A stretch of 20,000 bases of DNA from an uncultured virus (IMG/VR IMGVR_UViG_3300027020_000013) (taxonomy: Duplodnaviria > Heunggongvirae > Uroviricota > Caudoviricetes): the IMG/VR virus record IMGVR_UViG_3300027020_000013. The stretch is one strand, 5' to 3'. Shown here piece by piece: positions 7,653-15,893 of this stretch (its first letter is position 1; the number at the start of each line of letters is the position of its first letter). A program made the position numbers and the translations under genes. Under the pieces are notes generated by a model. The model did not search any database. It was given only the letters and a program-made list of their open reading frames with translations, and had not been told where the DNA came from.

Positions 7653-9028
7653 TGATTGTTAATGAGGTTTTGTCGTTCTTCCATAATACCCTCGAATTGC
7701 TGAGTTCTGGCGATTCGACGGTTAAAGGTTTTATGACCTTGGGTCTGATGGGCGTATTAGGTTGGTTCGGTCGAACTATCCCGCAGACCATCTGGAACTT
7801 CATTCGTCGTAACACCGTGGCATCGATGACGTTTACCCGTGCTGGGTCGTACTCGATGGACCTGCATAACTACGCTGAGTTTATGAAGTGGTTTGCTCGC
7901 ACCAAGTGGGCGAAGTACGATCGTAACCGGCGTGTAACGTTTGATCGTGACGATCCTGCATTCGGTCCGGGTATGGGATTCCACTGGTTCTTCTTTGAAG
8001 GGCGTTACTTCTGGTTCAATGTACAACGCCTGGCATCTTCAGGTACGGACATTGAAAAAGAAGAGTTCACTCTTTATACGTTCGGTCGTAGTACAGAACC
8101 ATTCGAACGACTGGTAGAAGAGTTCCGCATCAAGAAAGATAAAAATGCTGTGCGGATCTATGCTCCAGAAGAAGGTCGTTGGTCTATCACGGGTAAGCTC
8201 AAGCTGAACCAAGGTGAGATTCTCGTAATCGATCCAACCGTTGAGGAAGAGTTCTTCGGTTCGATTCAGCGATTCATCGACAACGAACAGTGGTACCGTA
8301 AGCGTGGTCGTGCGTACAAACACACCGTGATTCTCGAAGGTCCACCTGGTACGGGTAAAACCTCGTTAATTAAAGCTGCGGCTCGTAGATTCAAACGAGA
8401 CGTACACTTCATTAACTTGGCTACCGATGGTCGTGCATTGCAGAAACTGATCTCCCAGCTTTCGCCTGGGGACATGCTCTGCATTGAAGACTTCGATGAC
8501 GTTAAGTCGCTGCACCGTCGTGTAGCAGCTGAACCGACTGAGAAGCGTCTCGAAATGGGTGATGATGGCATCGCTAAAGAACTGGCCTTCATGGACTGTG
8601 ATATTCAGCTGTCCACGTTCCTCAACATCTTGCAGGGTGTAGTGGAACTCGAAGACCTGATCATCGTGATGACCACCAACCACATCGAGAAGATCGACCC
8701 AGCTGTATATCGTCCTTCTCGTGTGGATAAAAACATCCACGTACCATTCTTGAAAGACGCTGAAGTTAAGCGCTACATCGATGCGATGTATGATAATCCT
8801 ACTTACGACCGTAATGTAATGTTCCCGGATACGGCGGCTGCAGTATTGTCCGGCCTGTTTACGGAACATCCACATGACGCCAGTGCGTTCATCGAACATC
8901 TCGGTACTCTCAGCGACAGCTATATCGCTGAGAACTACGCATTGAGACCAGAACCTGCCCCAGTAAAGAAAGCACCCGCTAAACGTGGTGCGGTACCAAT
9001 TGAAGCTGTGGGCGAACCAGCTGTGTAA
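7652..9028 (+). CDS. BCS1-like membrane-anchored AAA+ ATPase
   Basis: N-terminal hydrophobic segment; BCS1_N-like FGPGMGFHWFFFEGRYFW...EEFTLYTFGR; Walker A GPPGTGKTS; Walker B LCIEDFD; LSTFLNILQGV; second region of homology MTTNHIEKIDPAVYRPSRVD. Confidence 0.88.
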   Translation: MIVNEVLSFFHNTLELLSSGDSTVKGFMTLGLMGVLGWFGRTIPQTIWNFIRRNTVASMTFTRAGSYSMDLHNYAEFMKWFARTKWAKYDRNRRVTFDRDDPAFGPGMGFHWFFFEGRYFWFNVQRLASSGTDIEKEEFTLYTFGRSTEPFERLVEEFRIKKDKNAVRIYAPEEGRWSITGKLKLNQGEILVIDPTVEEEFFGSIQRFIDNEQWYRKRGRAYKHTVILEGPPGTGKTSLIKAAARRFKRDVHFINLATDGRALQKLISQLSPGDMLCIEDFDDVKSLHRRVAAEPTEKRLEMGDDGIAKELAFMDCDIQLSTFLNILQGVVELEDLIIVMTTNHIEKIDPAVYRPSRVDKNIHVPFLKDAEVKRYIDAMYDNPTYDRNVMFPDTAAAVLSGLFTEHPHDASAFIEHLGTLSDSYIAENYALRPEPAPVKKAPAKRGAVPIEAVGEPAV

Positions 9029-9037
9029 GAGGATATC

Positions 9038-9382
9038 ATGGAACCAAAACTGCATCACTTTTTCCGCGTACTGCCTGATGAAATGACTTACCACAAAGAT
9101 CGCTTCTTTGTTACTGAAGGAGCGAAAGTGGTTTCGGTTAAGTTCGTTGCTGCTTATCATGGCGAACATGTACTCACGAACGAAGTTGAAGTTATCGCTC
9201 GTGGTGTTGAACTTGGCAAGGTTGCACGTTTCCTGGTACGCTGTGGTGATCAGGAAACAGATCTGGTTATGGATCTGGAGACTTGCCGGTACGAAGCTGA
9301 TAGCAACATCAAAACGAAGCTCGGTGATGTCGAGTTGCTTTTCGATGCCGACTTTGCAATGGAACAAAAGGAAGCTGCATGA
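9038..9382 (+). CDS. Hypothetical protein (114 aa)
   Basis: SD GAGGA, ATG 9038; ATGA overlap with the next gene. Confidence 0.8.
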   Translation: MEPKLHHFFRVLPDEMTYHKDRFFVTEGAKVVSVKFVAAYHGEHVLTNEVEVIARGVELGKVARFLVRCGDQETDLVMDLETCRYEADSNIKTKLGDVELLFDADFAMEQKEAA

Positions 9383-10323
9383 CACAGAATCTGAAGTTGA
9401 TCGTTACTCAGGAGGGATTGGGTCACTCCCAGTCCTTCCCTACCGAAATCCGCGATGGGCGAATGTTCCCTGCGGGTGAAGTGAACGTATCTATCCCACG
9501 TGAGGATGTACATGGTCGCAAGGGTGTCTGGTATAAAGGCGAGACTTATCGCATTGTAGCTGCTCTACCTGACGCAGCTGCTGCTTGGTCTTTGATCATG
9601 GCTGTTAACGCTATCCGTGAAAACGCGACCGTAGCTAACCCACAGATTACTCTGGACATCGGCTACATGCCATACGCTCGTCAAGACCGTGTGTGCAATC
9701 CAGGTGAAGCGAATTCAGCTAAGGCGTTTGCCCACGTCATCAACAGTTTGAATGTTGAGCGTGTTGTTCTGACAGACCCTCACTCTGACGTGATTGGTTC
9801 GGTGCTGAACAATGCTCGTGTGTTCTCGCTGAATGATCTGTTCCGCAAGCACATGCTAGATATCGGCAGTGTCGATCGAATCAACCCAGCTAAGACCATC
9901 TTGGTTGCTCCAGATGCTGGTGCACGTAAGAAAGTCGAATCGCTGGCAAAGGAATTCGGCTTCAAAGGTGTTGTGTACGCTAACAAGGTACGTAACACTC
10001 GTGACGGCAAGATCCTGCGCACTACTGTAGACAGCTTTGTTTGCGGTGAAGAAGTTCTGGAACTCGATGAACTCCGCGGCGAAGAACTGTTGATCGTTGA
10101 TGACATCTGTGATGGTGGCCGTACCTTCACTGAGCTCGCTAAGGTCCTGAAGCAATATGACCTGGGTTCGTTGTCGCTCTACGTCACTCACGGCATCTTC
10201 TCGGCTGGCATCAATGTGTTGACCGATGTCTTCGACAAAGTTTACACCATGAATACCTATCACGTGGATCTGCCTTCCCGTGAGAACAATCCTGAAAACC
10301 TGATCGCATTCAAGCACCTCTAA
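9379..10323 (+). CDS. Prs-like pyrophosphokinase, probable ADP-ribose pyrophosphate synthetase (Adps) of NARP1
   Basis: FPAGE, YMPYARQDR, DPHS, APDAGA and PRTase loop LIVDDICDGGRT, YVTHGIFS; directly upstream of a Nampt-like gene. Confidence 0.9.
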   Translation: MTQNLKLIVTQEGLGHSQSFPTEIRDGRMFPAGEVNVSIPREDVHGRKGVWYKGETYRIVAALPDAAAAWSLIMAVNAIRENATVANPQITLDIGYMPYARQDRVCNPGEANSAKAFAHVINSLNVERVVLTDPHSDVIGSVLNNARVFSLNDLFRKHMLDIGSVDRINPAKTILVAPDAGARKKVESLAKEFGFKGVVYANKVRNTRDGKILRTTVDSFVCGEEVLELDELRGEELLIVDDICDGGRTFTELAKVLKQYDLGSLSLYVTHGIFSAGINVLTDVFDKVYTMNTYHVDLPSRENNPENLIAFKHL

Positions 10324-10332
10324 GGATTCAAC

Positions 10333-12159
10333 ATGTCTGCACTTTGGCTTCAAGCTGGTACCGGTACTGACTTCTACAAACCAGGCCACGGTCCTCTGTA
10401 CCCGGAAGGCACCACCCGTAAGTATTCGAACTTCACCCCGCGTTCGGCCAAGAACTTCATGCGCTCGAAATCGGCTTCGTCGTACTACGACAACAAAGTC
10501 GTAAACTTCGGTATCTACGGTACCTGGCAAGAACTGGTTGAGCTGTGGGATCGTACCTTCTTCAAGGTCGAAAAAGAGAAGGCCATCAAGAAGATCAAGC
10601 GTCGCTTCGACAATGCTTGTGGTGTTGATGTCATCTCGGTCAAACAGATCGCTGCACTGCATGACGTAGGCTACCTGCCTGTAACCGTGCTGGCTCTGGA
10701 AGAAGGCAAACGCGTTAACATCGGTATTCCGCTGTGGGTACTGTACAACGAAGAAGAGCACAAAGAACACTACTGGTTGGTTAACTACCTGGAAACCATC
10801 CTGTCGTCGTACAACTGGCAGCAAATTACCAACGCCACTATCGCCTACGAATATCGTCGTGTGATGGAACGTTGGGCAGCCAAGACCTGTGATAACCGTG
10901 ACCACATCCTGTTCCAAGGTCACGACTTCTCGTTCCGTGGTATGCCTGGTCCAGAAGCTGCTGGTCGTTCTAACGGTGGTCACCTGCTGGCATTCGCTGG
11001 TACCGATACCATCCCGTCGATCGACTACCTCGAAGCGCTGTACGGTGCTGATTCCGATAAGGAACTGGTAGGTGCTTCGGTTACTGCTACTGAGCACGCC
11101 GTAGCTACTGCGAATATCCTGTCGCGCCTGCAAGACATGTTGGAAGCTATTGATCCAGCTGAACTGGCAGCAATGCCACACGAGCAATACGTTGGTTTGA
11201 TCGATCGTCTGAAACTACAGTGTGAACGTGAGTTCATCCTGGAGATCATCAGCAAGAAAGTCAACGAAGGTATCGTGTCGCTGGTATGTGACTCGTTCGA
11301 CTTCTGGGGTGTGATTGCAAACGTACTGCCTTCTCTGCGGGTAGAGATTGAAGCACGTAAGAAGAACGCTCTGGGTCTGGCGAAAGTCGTAGTGCGTCCT
11401 GACTCGGGTGATCCTGTTAAAGTCATCACTGGCTTTACCTTGGTCGAATACGAGTCGATGTCAGCATTCCAACAGGCATTGTACAACATCGGTTGGTGTG
11501 CAGTCAATGGCGAAGCTATTCGCATCGGTGATCGCTATTTCGAGTTGGACAACCAAGACTATATTGGGAATGATCCTGATAGTTACATTGGTCGTGAGAT
11601 GTCTCGTGCGGAAGCGATCGGTGCAATTGAATCGCTGTGGGAATCCTTCGGTGGTCACGTAAACGGAAAGGGCTACAAAGTCCTGAACGAATACATCGGC
11701 CTGATCTATGGTGACTCGATCACTGTAGAACGCACCGAACAGATCTTCCAGCGCCTGGCTAACAAAGGTTTCGCTTCGTCGAACGTCGTGTTGGGTATCG
11801 GTTCGTATACCTATCAGTATAACACTCGCGACACCTTCGGTATGGCTATGAAAGCTACCGCGTGTGAAGTGCGTGAACGTCTGGTGGAACTGTACAAAGA
11901 TCCGAAGACTGCTGCATCGAAGAAATCGGCTCGTGGTTTCCTGCGGGTAGATGAAGATTGCTTCGACTTCAAGCTGGCACAAGGCGTCGACATGGATTGG
12001 CTGGATCTGGCTACCAAGTCTGGCGAACTGAAACCTCTGTGGATGGGTGGTCAATTCGTTCACACCACTACTCTGGCTAACATGCGCAACTACATCGAAG
12101 AATCCATCGCTGATGAGATGGAAGAATTCGATCTGGATGAACTGGTAGTCGAAGCCTAA
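10333..12159 (+). CDS. Nampt/NadV-like phosphoribosyltransferase, probable nicotinamide ADPR-transferase (Namat) of NARP1
   Basis: TDFYKPGH, HDFSFRG, GTDT, ATEHAV, VRPDSGDP, LIYGDSIT, RDTFGMAMKAT, KDPKT..KKSARG; SD TAAGGA. Confidence 0.9.
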   Translation: MSALWLQAGTGTDFYKPGHGPLYPEGTTRKYSNFTPRSAKNFMRSKSASSYYDNKVVNFGIYGTWQELVELWDRTFFKVEKEKAIKKIKRRFDNACGVDVISVKQIAALHDVGYLPVTVLALEEGKRVNIGIPLWVLYNEEEHKEHYWLVNYLETILSSYNWQQITNATIAYEYRRVMERWAAKTCDNRDHILFQGHDFSFRGMPGPEAAGRSNGGHLLAFAGTDTIPSIDYLEALYGADSDKELVGASVTATEHAVATANILSRLQDMLEAIDPAELAAMPHEQYVGLIDRLKLQCEREFILEIISKKVNEGIVSLVCDSFDFWGVIANVLPSLRVEIEARKKNALGLAKVVVRPDSGDPVKVITGFTLVEYESMSAFQQALYNIGWCAVNGEAIRIGDRYFELDNQDYIGNDPDSYIGREMSRAEAIGAIESLWESFGGHVNGKGYKVLNEYIGLIYGDSITVERTEQIFQRLANKGFASSNVVLGIGSYTYQYNTRDTFGMAMKATACEVRERLVELYKDPKTAASKKSARGFLRVDEDCFDFKLAQGVDMDWLDLATKSGELKPLWMGGQFVHTTTLANMRNYIEESIADEMEEFDLDELVVEA

Positions 12160-12165
12160 TTGGAA

Positions 12166-12205
12166 GGGGACCTTCGGGTCCCCAACCTCTATTTTTCTTT
12201 TATGT
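12166..12205 (+). terminator. cUUCGg stem-loop with T-tract, ending in TTTATGTC
   Basis: ggggacc-TTCG-ggtcccc, then aacctctatttttcttttatgtc. Confidence 0.8.
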
Positions 12206-12219
12206 CGTTAGGAGCTGAA

Positions 12220-12807
12220 ATGAGCTGCTGTGAAGATTGCAAGAAGGATGTAAGTAACCGGGTTGAATTCGACGTGGATGTTCACTTCGATATCTCTACT
12301 ACTATTACTGAGCGGGATATCATTGGTGAAGACGTCGACTTCGTTAGCGGTATTTTGTTGACTGCTGATGGCGCTATGCCGAAAGGTGGGTTCCAGATTC
12401 AGTTCCACAGTTATGGTGATCGAAAGCACATCAACATCTACCGTAATCGGTTGCCTTTCGATGAACTCATGGCTACCATCCAGTTCAACTCCTCGACTGG
12501 TGGGTTGAAGGTTGAGAAATTTTCGCTGGTTGAATTCGCGAAAGTTCGTTTGACCTTTACGAAAAAGCACATTGAAAAGAAACCATACCTGGAACTAGGC
12601 GATGGTGTTTATCGCGTACCGGATTACCTCGCAGGTATCCATCTGAGCAATGACCTGGATATCTGGGACAGTACGTTGGTAGCTGTGCAACGGGGCTTTC
12701 GTGAGAACACGGAATGGCCAGTGTTGCTACTACACCATGATCAAGCCCTCTGTGTGTTGTTCAACCCAACCCACGATACCTGGAAAAATGACGCACTGTG
12801 GCAATAG
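12220..12807 (+). CDS. Hypothetical protein; N-terminal CCxxC plus beta-rich paralogue domain
   Basis: SD AGGAG, ATG 12220 (MSCCEDCKK...). Confidence 0.8.
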   Translation: MSCCEDCKKDVSNRVEFDVDVHFDISTTITERDIIGEDVDFVSGILLTADGAMPKGGFQIQFHSYGDRKHINIYRNRLPFDELMATIQFNSSTGGLKVEKFSLVEFAKVRLTFTKKHIEKKPYLELGDGVYRVPDYLAGIHLSNDLDIWDSTLVAVQRGFRENTEWPVLLLHHDQALCVLFNPTHDTWKNDALWQ

Positions 12808-12830
12808 TGTGTTATTAACAGGGGACTACA

Positions 12831-14231
12831 ATGGAACAATATCATTCTTACCTTGAAGAAATCCTGCAAGACGGCGTTCCTAAAGGTGATCGTACAGGCA
12901 CTGGCACTACATCTAAGTTTGGGGTAGTACGTCGTTACGATATCAGCAACAATCGCTTGGCTGCTGTGCAATCCAAAAAGCTGCACCTGAAGACTGGCTT
13001 CGTTGAAGAAGACTGGATGTTGTCTGGCGATACTAACGTTAAGTTCTTGAAAGAGAACAATGTTAGCATTTGGGACGAATGGGTTAAAGCTGGTACAGGT
13101 GTGTATCGTCCAGCTACTCAGAAGGAGATGGAACGCAATTACCGCCGTACACACTTCGGATGGAAAGATCCATACCACAGCGCCTATAACCCACAGGCCC
13201 AGCCAGAAGGTGAATTGGTAGGGGACAACGATCACTTCGTTGTTTATGTGTTCCCCGGTCAGGCGTACGCTATCTACCATAAGCATCCAGCAGAAACCGG
13301 TCGAATGGAATGTGACTATTCCCATAGTGCTTGGTCGATTTTCTATGAGATGGTTGGTGTCCCAACGCAGACCGTAGTGGAAGGCGAACTCGGTGCAGTA
13401 TACGGACAGATGTTCCGTAGCATCGAAGACACTCGTCTGATTGCGGATACTGATGAACTACAACCGTATTTGGATCGCGGCTTTGTGATGGTTGGTGAAG
13501 TCACTGGTAAACCACTAGCGGTTATTACTCGTCGTATTGACCAATTCACTGATCTGATCGATGGGTTACGTGAGAATCCGGATTCTCGTCGTCACATTCT
13601 GTGTCCATGGAACCCAGCTTATCTCGATGAGCAAGCGTTACCACCATGCCATTCGTTCATCCAGTTCTGGACTCGTGAACTGAGTGTGAATGAGCGCTGG
13701 ATGATCATGAAGGTACAGTATAACGAAGCTCTAAGTCAACACATCCAGATGTTGAAGCATGGTCCTGAGCAAAGTGAAACTCCAGACTACCCAATCACTG
13801 AACCCCTACCGCATGAAGCGTTTGTGAGAAAGCGTGACGAGTGTGTGCATTTGGATGAAGATAAAATGCACAGTTACATGGATAGTCGCCTGATCCCACG
13901 CCGTGCATTGAAGTGTCTGGTGTACATGCGTAGTAACGATGCATTCCTGGGTGCGCCGTATAATCTTACGTTCTATTCTTCGCTGACCCACAAGATCGCC
14001 CATGAACTGAACTACTGGGGTGAGGAACTGATTCACGTTGTAGGTGATGCACATATCTACAACAACCATCAAGCCCAAGTAACTACCCAGCTCTATCGTA
14101 CACCTCGTGAGATGCCTCGACTGAAGATCAACCAACCTGTAGGTACATCGGTGCTGGATCTGACGTGGCGTGACCTGGAAGTAATCGGTTACGATCCTGA
14201 TCCTGCTATCGAAGCCCCCGTAGCTGTTTAA
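12831..14231 (+). CDS. thyA: Thymidylate synthase with large insertions
   Basis: DRTGTGT, IWDEW, LGAVYG, PDSRR, catalytic LPPCH, RSNDAFLGAPYN, GDAHIYNNH, C-terminal IEAPVAV. Confidence 0.95.
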   Translation: MEQYHSYLEEILQDGVPKGDRTGTGTTSKFGVVRRYDISNNRLAAVQSKKLHLKTGFVEEDWMLSGDTNVKFLKENNVSIWDEWVKAGTGVYRPATQKEMERNYRRTHFGWKDPYHSAYNPQAQPEGELVGDNDHFVVYVFPGQAYAIYHKHPAETGRMECDYSHSAWSIFYEMVGVPTQTVVEGELGAVYGQMFRSIEDTRLIADTDELQPYLDRGFVMVGEVTGKPLAVITRRIDQFTDLIDGLRENPDSRRHILCPWNPAYLDEQALPPCHSFIQFWTRELSVNERWMIMKVQYNEALSQHIQMLKHGPEQSETPDYPITEPLPHEAFVRKRDECVHLDEDKMHSYMDSRLIPRRALKCLVYMRSNDAFLGAPYNLTFYSSLTHKIAHELNYWGEELIHVVGDAHIYNNHQAQVTTQLYRTPREMPRLKINQPVGTSVLDLTWRDLEVIGYDPDPAIEAPVAV

Positions 14232-14237
14232 CGTCAA

Positions 14238-14267
14238 AAAGGCTCTCCTTCGGGAGAGCTTTATGTC
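14238..14267 (+). terminator. cUUCGg stem-loop followed by TTTATGTC
   Basis: aaaggctctcc-TTCG-ggagagctttatgtc. Confidence 0.75.
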
Positions 14268-14277
14268 TGGAGGTAAC

Positions 14278-14496
14278 ATGTCTGTACTAGCCGAAGCAGG
14301 AATCGCGTTAGCATCCATAGGTACACTGGGTATGATTGTAATCGTACTGGTGGCAATACTGCAATCCGACAAAAAGAAGTACAAAGAAATATTTAGCTGG
14401 TGGTATGTTCCCCCACTTGTCGCAATAAGCGCTTGGTGCACATTGTACCTGGTTAGCTTATTCAGCTCAACCCCTCTTAAATGGATCTGGCAATGA
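14278..14496 (+). CDS. Small membrane protein, 2 predicted TM helices
   Basis: SD GGAGG, ATG 14278; two hydrophobic stretches separated by a Lys-rich loop. Confidence 0.75.
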   Translation: MSVLAEAGIALASIGTLGMIVIVLVAILQSDKKKYKEIFSWWYVPPLVAISAWCTLYLVSLFSSTPLKWIWQ

Positions 14497-15020
14497 CTCG
14501 CAAACTTTCGCTTGAAGAACGCATCACCCTTTTCAACCTGACCAAGCATCCTGTATTCTCAGGTTCTCGCGATACTCCAGTTATCCGTACGGTGGCGGAC
14601 TATGACAGCATGCTGGTTGTCAGTTCGGATCGAACCATCGATGCTCTGATGAATAAGTTAGACCGTGAGGGTATCCCCGACACAACTAACTCCCCTTACT
14701 CATTGTATTTCATCGGTGAATGGGTAGCCACAGGTAAACCGCGTCTAGATCTGATGCGTCTTACCCATGATCGTAAGATGCGATTCACGTCTAACGAAAT
14801 GCGGGAACGTGTTTTGAATATGGCGTTGGACGGCGCTTTGAAACGTGATCACATTGCTATGGTTTCTGATGGCAAGGAACTGATTCATACTTTCAGTGAT
14901 GACAAGGTTGAGCGTGAATTGAAAGACGGTGATATGTTGTTTGTTCAATCCGACGTTTATAAGGTCTACGCCGCTTGGGTAAGTAATGATACCCGTTCTA
15001 AAATCTGCAAGGTGCTATAA
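14493..15020 (+). CDS. Hypothetical protein
   Basis: ATGA overlap with the previous stop; ORF 14481..15020. Confidence 0.75.
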   Translation: MTRKLSLEERITLFNLTKHPVFSGSRDTPVIRTVADYDSMLVVSSDRTIDALMNKLDREGIPDTTNSPYSLYFIGEWVATGKPRLDLMRLTHDRKMRFTSNEMRERVLNMALDGALKRDHIAMVSDGKELIHTFSDDKVERELKDGDMLFVQSDVYKVYAAWVSNDTRSKICKVL

Positions 15021-15022
15021 GC

Positions 15023-15442
15023 ATGGAATACTTCACTAAGACAACCATTGATTTCACGGATAAACCTGAAGGCTTCCGTCAAGCGCTGGAGAAGCTCCTG
15101 GAGAAACGCGGCGTACATGGGTTGATCTGTGAACTCGGTACTCCTAATCTGCGTATCTATACTGACCCTAAGCGGGTGTTGTGGCGGATGCGTCAAATCA
15201 ATCCAGCGTTAGCGTGCGCTGACCTGCATAACCCGGTGTTTGAAGATAACACTGTAACATTCGATGTACGGGCTTATGGTCCTTGTCGTGATCGTTACGA
15301 GTTCGACACTAATCGTGGTGTCAAGTTCGTACTGGCTGCACGCTTGATGAAAGACACAAAAGGAAAGGTCATCGAGATCTGTAACTTCGACATGATCCCA
15401 GAACACCAGCACGTTGATTTTGAATTGGAGAAAGTGAAGTAA
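15023..15442 (+). CDS. Hypothetical protein (139 aa)
   Basis: Tightly packed ORF; TAATG overlap with the next gene. Confidence 0.8.
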   Translation: MEYFTKTTIDFTDKPEGFRQALEKLLEKRGVHGLICELGTPNLRIYTDPKRVLWRMRQINPALACADLHNPVFEDNTVTFDVRAYGPCRDRYEFDTNRGVKFVLAARLMKDTKGKVIEICNFDMIPEHQHVDFELEKVK

Positions 15443-15828
15443 TGGAAAAGCTGTTGATGTTTCTGTCTATGGTGGGCGGTGAAGCAAAACGCCGTAAGCC
15501 TAAAGACACCCCGTGGTTCTGGTTCCTGAGTAACGGATTCTCGAACTTTCTGATCGTATCCATCGTGTGGGTATGGTGGGTGTGTTCGTGGCCTTGGCGT
15601 GGTTGGTCGTGGGAACGCTCTACCGTGGGTAAACTTGAGATCGATAAGAAGGATCATCCTTACTCGGTTGACAAGATTATCAAGCACATCAAGGAATCTT
15701 ATCCCGATGATACTGAACTAACCATTGCTCGTTACCCAAGTTTTAGTATCGGCCATGACGTGTGGAAGTTTAAAGTCTATGGTGGTGTTAGTAACGACAA
15801 AGCCCATACGTTCCGCGTGAGCTGCTAA
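15442..15828 (+). CDS. Trp-rich membrane protein
   Basis: SD GGAG; FLIVSIVWVWWVCSWPW hydrophobic segment. Confidence 0.75.
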   Translation: MEKLLMFLSMVGGEAKRRKPKDTPWFWFLSNGFSNFLIVSIVWVWWVCSWPWRGWSWERSTVGKLEIDKKDHPYSVDKIIKHIKESYPDDTELTIARYPSFSIGHDVWKFKVYGGVSNDKAHTFRVSC

Positions 15829-15893
15829 AAAGTACTCGTGTTGATTATTGATTGCAGAGGAATCTGCTTTCAATATCTCACGAGGAAAATGCA

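Noticed and set aside
8920..9382. ssrA-like sequences in the sspB operon (AENYAL in the ATPase tail; C-terminal EAA in 9038..9382)
   Set aside because: ENYAL is internal and lacks the AAND residues SspB recognises; matches this short are expected by chance.
9856..11187. 443-aa minus-strand ORF (likewise 15870..17195, 8366..9385, 6244..6966, 13806..14549)
   Set aside because: Antisense shadows of well-supported + strand genes, explained by codon bias; no motifs or SD, and all real genes here are on +.
13083..13907. Intein or intron inside thyA
   Set aside because: Frame is continuous, inserts are short, and there are no C/S1...HN-C/S/T splice motifs or LAGLIDADG/HNH signature.
12831..14231. 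dCMP hydroxymethylase (modified-base pathway)
   Set aside because: Asn is retained at the substrate-specificity position (PYN), whereas dCMP enzymes carry Asp; the C-terminus is ThyA-like.
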